64,000 bases of DNA, taken from positions 548 through 64,547 of the forward strand of contig CANGXU010000002.1 in NCBI GenBank assembly GCA_947457885.1. Reading direction: 5' to 3'. The translations under genes were made by a program, and so were the position numbers. The stretch comes from Betaproteobacteria bacterium. GTDB lineage: Bacteria; Pseudomonadota; Gammaproteobacteria; Burkholderiales; CAIKXV01. Positions within the stretch are counted from its first letter, which is position 1. Each line of letters starts with the position of its first letter. The notes under the pieces are model-generated. The model saw only the letters and a list, made by a program, of their open reading frames with translations, was not told the DNA's origin and did not search any database. This document shows positions 61,881-64,000 of this stretch, piece by piece.

Positions 61881-63464
61881 TCAGTCCCGGTTGAGGTCGG
61901 GGCGGCCCGACTCGACGACGAACGACGCCACCGTACGGATCGCCGACTGATCGTCGGCCGCGTCGGCGATGCCAAGGAATCCGGTCTGCCAGCGCGAGGG
62001 GGTGACCTCGCAGCGGGCATAGCCGCGCTGGCGGCTTTCGAAGAACCGGACATGCGGATTGGCCGGCAGCACCTTCATCGTCGACTCGTAGGGTATGCCG
62101 CGCGAACTGATCGACGTGCCGACGAATTCCGGCATCACGACCGGAGAGCGCGGATCATCGAAGTCCTGCCTGAGTTCGTTGGCCCAGAACGAATGGATGT
62201 CGCCGCCGATGGTCACCGGGTTGGCGACCTTCGCGGCCGCGAGCCGGGCGAGGAAGCGCGCGCGTGGCGCCGCATAGCCGTCCCAGCCGTCGGTCCAGTG
62301 GACCGGCTGGCCAACGGCATCGCGGTAGGTCAGCTGGGCCATCATCAGCGACTGCGCAAGTATGTTCCATCGGCTGCGGCTCCCAGCGAGCCCGTCATCG
62401 AGCCATTTCTCCTGCGCGTTGCCCCAGAGTGTCGCCAACGGGTCGAAGCGCGCGCCGCAGTTGGGCACCATGTTGCCACCGCCGCGCCGTCCCTCGCCGC
62501 ACGGCTGATCGGAACGGTACTGCCGGTTGTCGAGTACATGGAAGGTGGCCAGATCGCCGAACGCCAAGCGACGGTACAGGAGCATGTCAGGACCGCGCGG
62601 CAGGCTCGCGCGCCGCAGTGGCAGGTGCTCGTAGTAGGCCTGGTAGGCCGCCGCGCGCCGCTGCAGGAACCACTTCGGATCGTCGCGGTTCTGCGACTGG
62701 TCAGCCGCATAGTCGTTCTCGACCTCGTGGTCGTCCCAGGTCACCACCCAGGGAAAGTTCCGGTGCGCGGCGCGCAGGTGCGGATCGGACCGGTAGCAGG
62801 CATAGCGGTTCCGATACTGCGCCAGGGTGACCGGCTCTTCCTTTGTTTCGTGCCGTCGGGCGACCTTGCCGGCACTGGAACCTTCGTAGATGTAATCGCC
62901 GAGATGGAGGACGAGGTCGAGGTCGTCCTGTGCCATGTGGCGGTAGGCGCCGAACAGGCCGTGCTCGTAGTGCTGGCAGGAGGCGAATGCAAAGCGCAGC
63001 CGCGCGGCTTGCGCCCCCGGCGCTGGCGACGTCCGGGTGCGTCCGGTCGGGCTGGCTGCGCCGCCCGCGGTGAACCGGTACCAGTACCACCGATCCGGAT
63101 CGAGTCCCTCCACCTCGACATGCACGGCGTGGCCCAGGCGCGGGTCGGCTGTCGCGCGGCCGCGGCGCAGGACGCGGGTGTGCGCTTCGTCCGCGGCGAC
63201 GGTCCAGTCGACGCCGACCGGCAACTCGGGCATGCCACCGCCCTCAGTGGGCCGCGGCGCGAGCCGGGTCCAGATGACGAAGCCATCGGCCGACGGATCG
63301 CCGGAGGCCACGCCGAGCGTGAACGGATCGTCCTGCGTTTTCCATTCGGCGGCTGCGGCCGGAGTGACCGTGCTGGCAAAGATGGCCGACAGGCCGATCA
63401 GGCAGCGCCGGCGTGCCAGGGAGTCGAGGGTTGCGTCTCGGAAGAGGCGGGGAGGCTGTCGCAT
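61881..63464 (-). CDS. phoD: alkaline phosphatase D (PhoD) with Tat signal
   Basis: Twin-arginine region SLARRRCLIGLSAIFAS. PhoD motifs: FTLGVASGDPSADGFVIWTRL, FASCQHYEHG, HLGDYIYE, WDDHEVENDY. Confidence 0.85.
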   Translation of the reverse strand: MRQPPRLFRDATLDSLARRRCLIGLSAIFASTVTPAAAAEWKTQDDPFTLGVASGDPSADGFVIWTRLAPRPTEGGGMPELPVGVDWTVAADEAHTRVLRRGRATADPRLGHAVHVEVEGLDPDRWYWYRFTAGGAASPTGRTRTSPAPGAQAARLRFAFASCQHYEHGLFGAYRHMAQDDLDLVLHLGDYIYEGSSAGKVARRHETKEEPVTLAQYRNRYACYRSDPHLRAAHRNFPWVVTWDDHEVENDYAADQSQNRDDPKWFLQRRAAAYQAYYEHLPLRRASLPRGPDMLLYRRLAFGDLATFHVLDNRQYRSDQPCGEGRRGGGNMVPNCGARFDPLATLWGNAQEKWLDDGLAGSRSRWNILAQSLMMAQLTYRDAVGQPVHWTDGWDGYAAPRARFLARLAAAKVANPVTIGGDIHSFWANELRQDFDDPRSPVVMPEFVGTSISSRGIPYESTMKVLPANPHVRFFESRQRGYARCEVTPSRWQTGFLGIADAADDQSAIRTVASFVVESGRPDLNRD

Positions 63465-63581
63465 GCGCAGGTCTGCATCCAGTGGGTAATGGAATTGTGT
63501 CGCTGCCACGCATGCCGATGCCTGGCACGATCCGCAGCAAAGGTATCATTGCGCAAAACAACTCAAGCGTACGGAAGAGTG

Positions 63582-64000
63582 ATGACGATTGATTGGCATG
63601 CATTCACACCCGGTGCCGCGCTGACCGGCGGACTGCTCATCGGGTTCGCTGCTGCCTTCCTGGTGCTGACCATCGGCCGGATTGCCGGCATCAGCGGCAT
63701 CCTCGGCAACGTGCTGCCTGGCGCGCTCGCGGGCAGGCCGGGGTCCGGCGGCGAGCGCGGATGGCGCATCGCCTTCCTGCTCGGGCTGGCGGCCGCGCCT
63801 GGCCTCGCCGCCGTGTCGGCAGTGCCGATGCCGCCAGTGGAGTCCCTGGTCGACTGGCCTTGGCTGGTCGCGGCAGGCCTGCTGGTCGGGGTGGGTACGC
63901 GCATCGGCAGCGGCTGCACCAGCGGGCATGGCGTCTGCGGCCTGGCGCGCGGCTCCCTGCGCTCGCTTGCAGCCACGCTGACCTTCATGGCGTTCGGCAT
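63582..64000 (+). CDS. YeeE/YedE-family (sulfur/selenium-compound transport-related) membrane protein, 3' end cut by the window edge
   Basis: Not in the ORF track because it has no stop in the window. My translation is MTIDWHAFTPGAALTGGLLIGFAAAFLVLTIGRIAGISGILG...GTRIGSGCTSGHGVCGLARGS, which carries the YeeE/YedE GxGCxSG motif. Confidence 0.65.
   Translation, partial: MTIDWHAFTPGAALTGGLLIGFAAAFLVLTIGRIAGISGILGNVLPGALAGRPGSGGERGWRIAFLLGLAAAPGLAAVSAVPMPPVESLVDWPWLVAAGLLVGVGTRIGSGCTSGHGVCGLARGSLRSLAATLTFMAFG

Overview
High-GC proteobacterial chromosome segment; GC content was judged by eye, not computed. The gene orders lpxD-fabZ-lpxA-lpxB-rnhB and pyrG-kdsA-eno-ftsB, plus a Bug/TctC-type binding protein, suggest a betaproteobacterium, possibly Burkholderiales-like. 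Most of the window is housekeeping and catabolic: lipid A and fatty-acid genes, motAB, ppsR/ppsA, pckG, pyrG-kdsA-eno-ftsB, folD, malQ, an ABC transporter, a CoA-ligase/acyl-CoA dehydrogenase cluster and phosphatases. A complete chemotaxis operon (MCP-cheY-cheA-MCP-cheW-cheR-cheD-cheB) ends in a STAS / REC-PP2C-HATPase partner-switching pair. I saw no rRNA, CRISPR array, transposase or integrase. The main result is a selenium theme that the ORF track hides. (1) A minus-strand operon at 48196-52442 contains selA, selB and an unlisted tRNA-Sec (selC, 8-bp acceptor stem, UCA anticodon). Its first gene is split in the ORF track by an in-frame TGA. That TGA falls exactly on the first Cys position of a glutaredoxin-type CxxC motif (FFTKPG-U-TSC). 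It is followed at the expected distance by a SECIS-like hairpin, and the frame runs on into a DinB-fold domain. I interpret this as a candidate Sec-containing Grx-DinB fusion selenoprotein. (2) A divergent glycosyltransferase / EgtB-like pair at 6746-9331 resembles the selenoneine genes senB/senA, but no selD/senC is in the window. Secondary observations include sigma-28-type promoters before motA and the che operon, an apparently degenerate receiver domain (Asp to Cys) in the partner-switch protein, FGFFDD repeats in CheA, a 1178-aa fused GltD/NfnB-like plus PyrK-like flavoprotein, and a perfect 2x20-bp tandem duplication with a C12 tract downstream of ridA. All assignments come from reading translations and motifs by eye; no database search was run.
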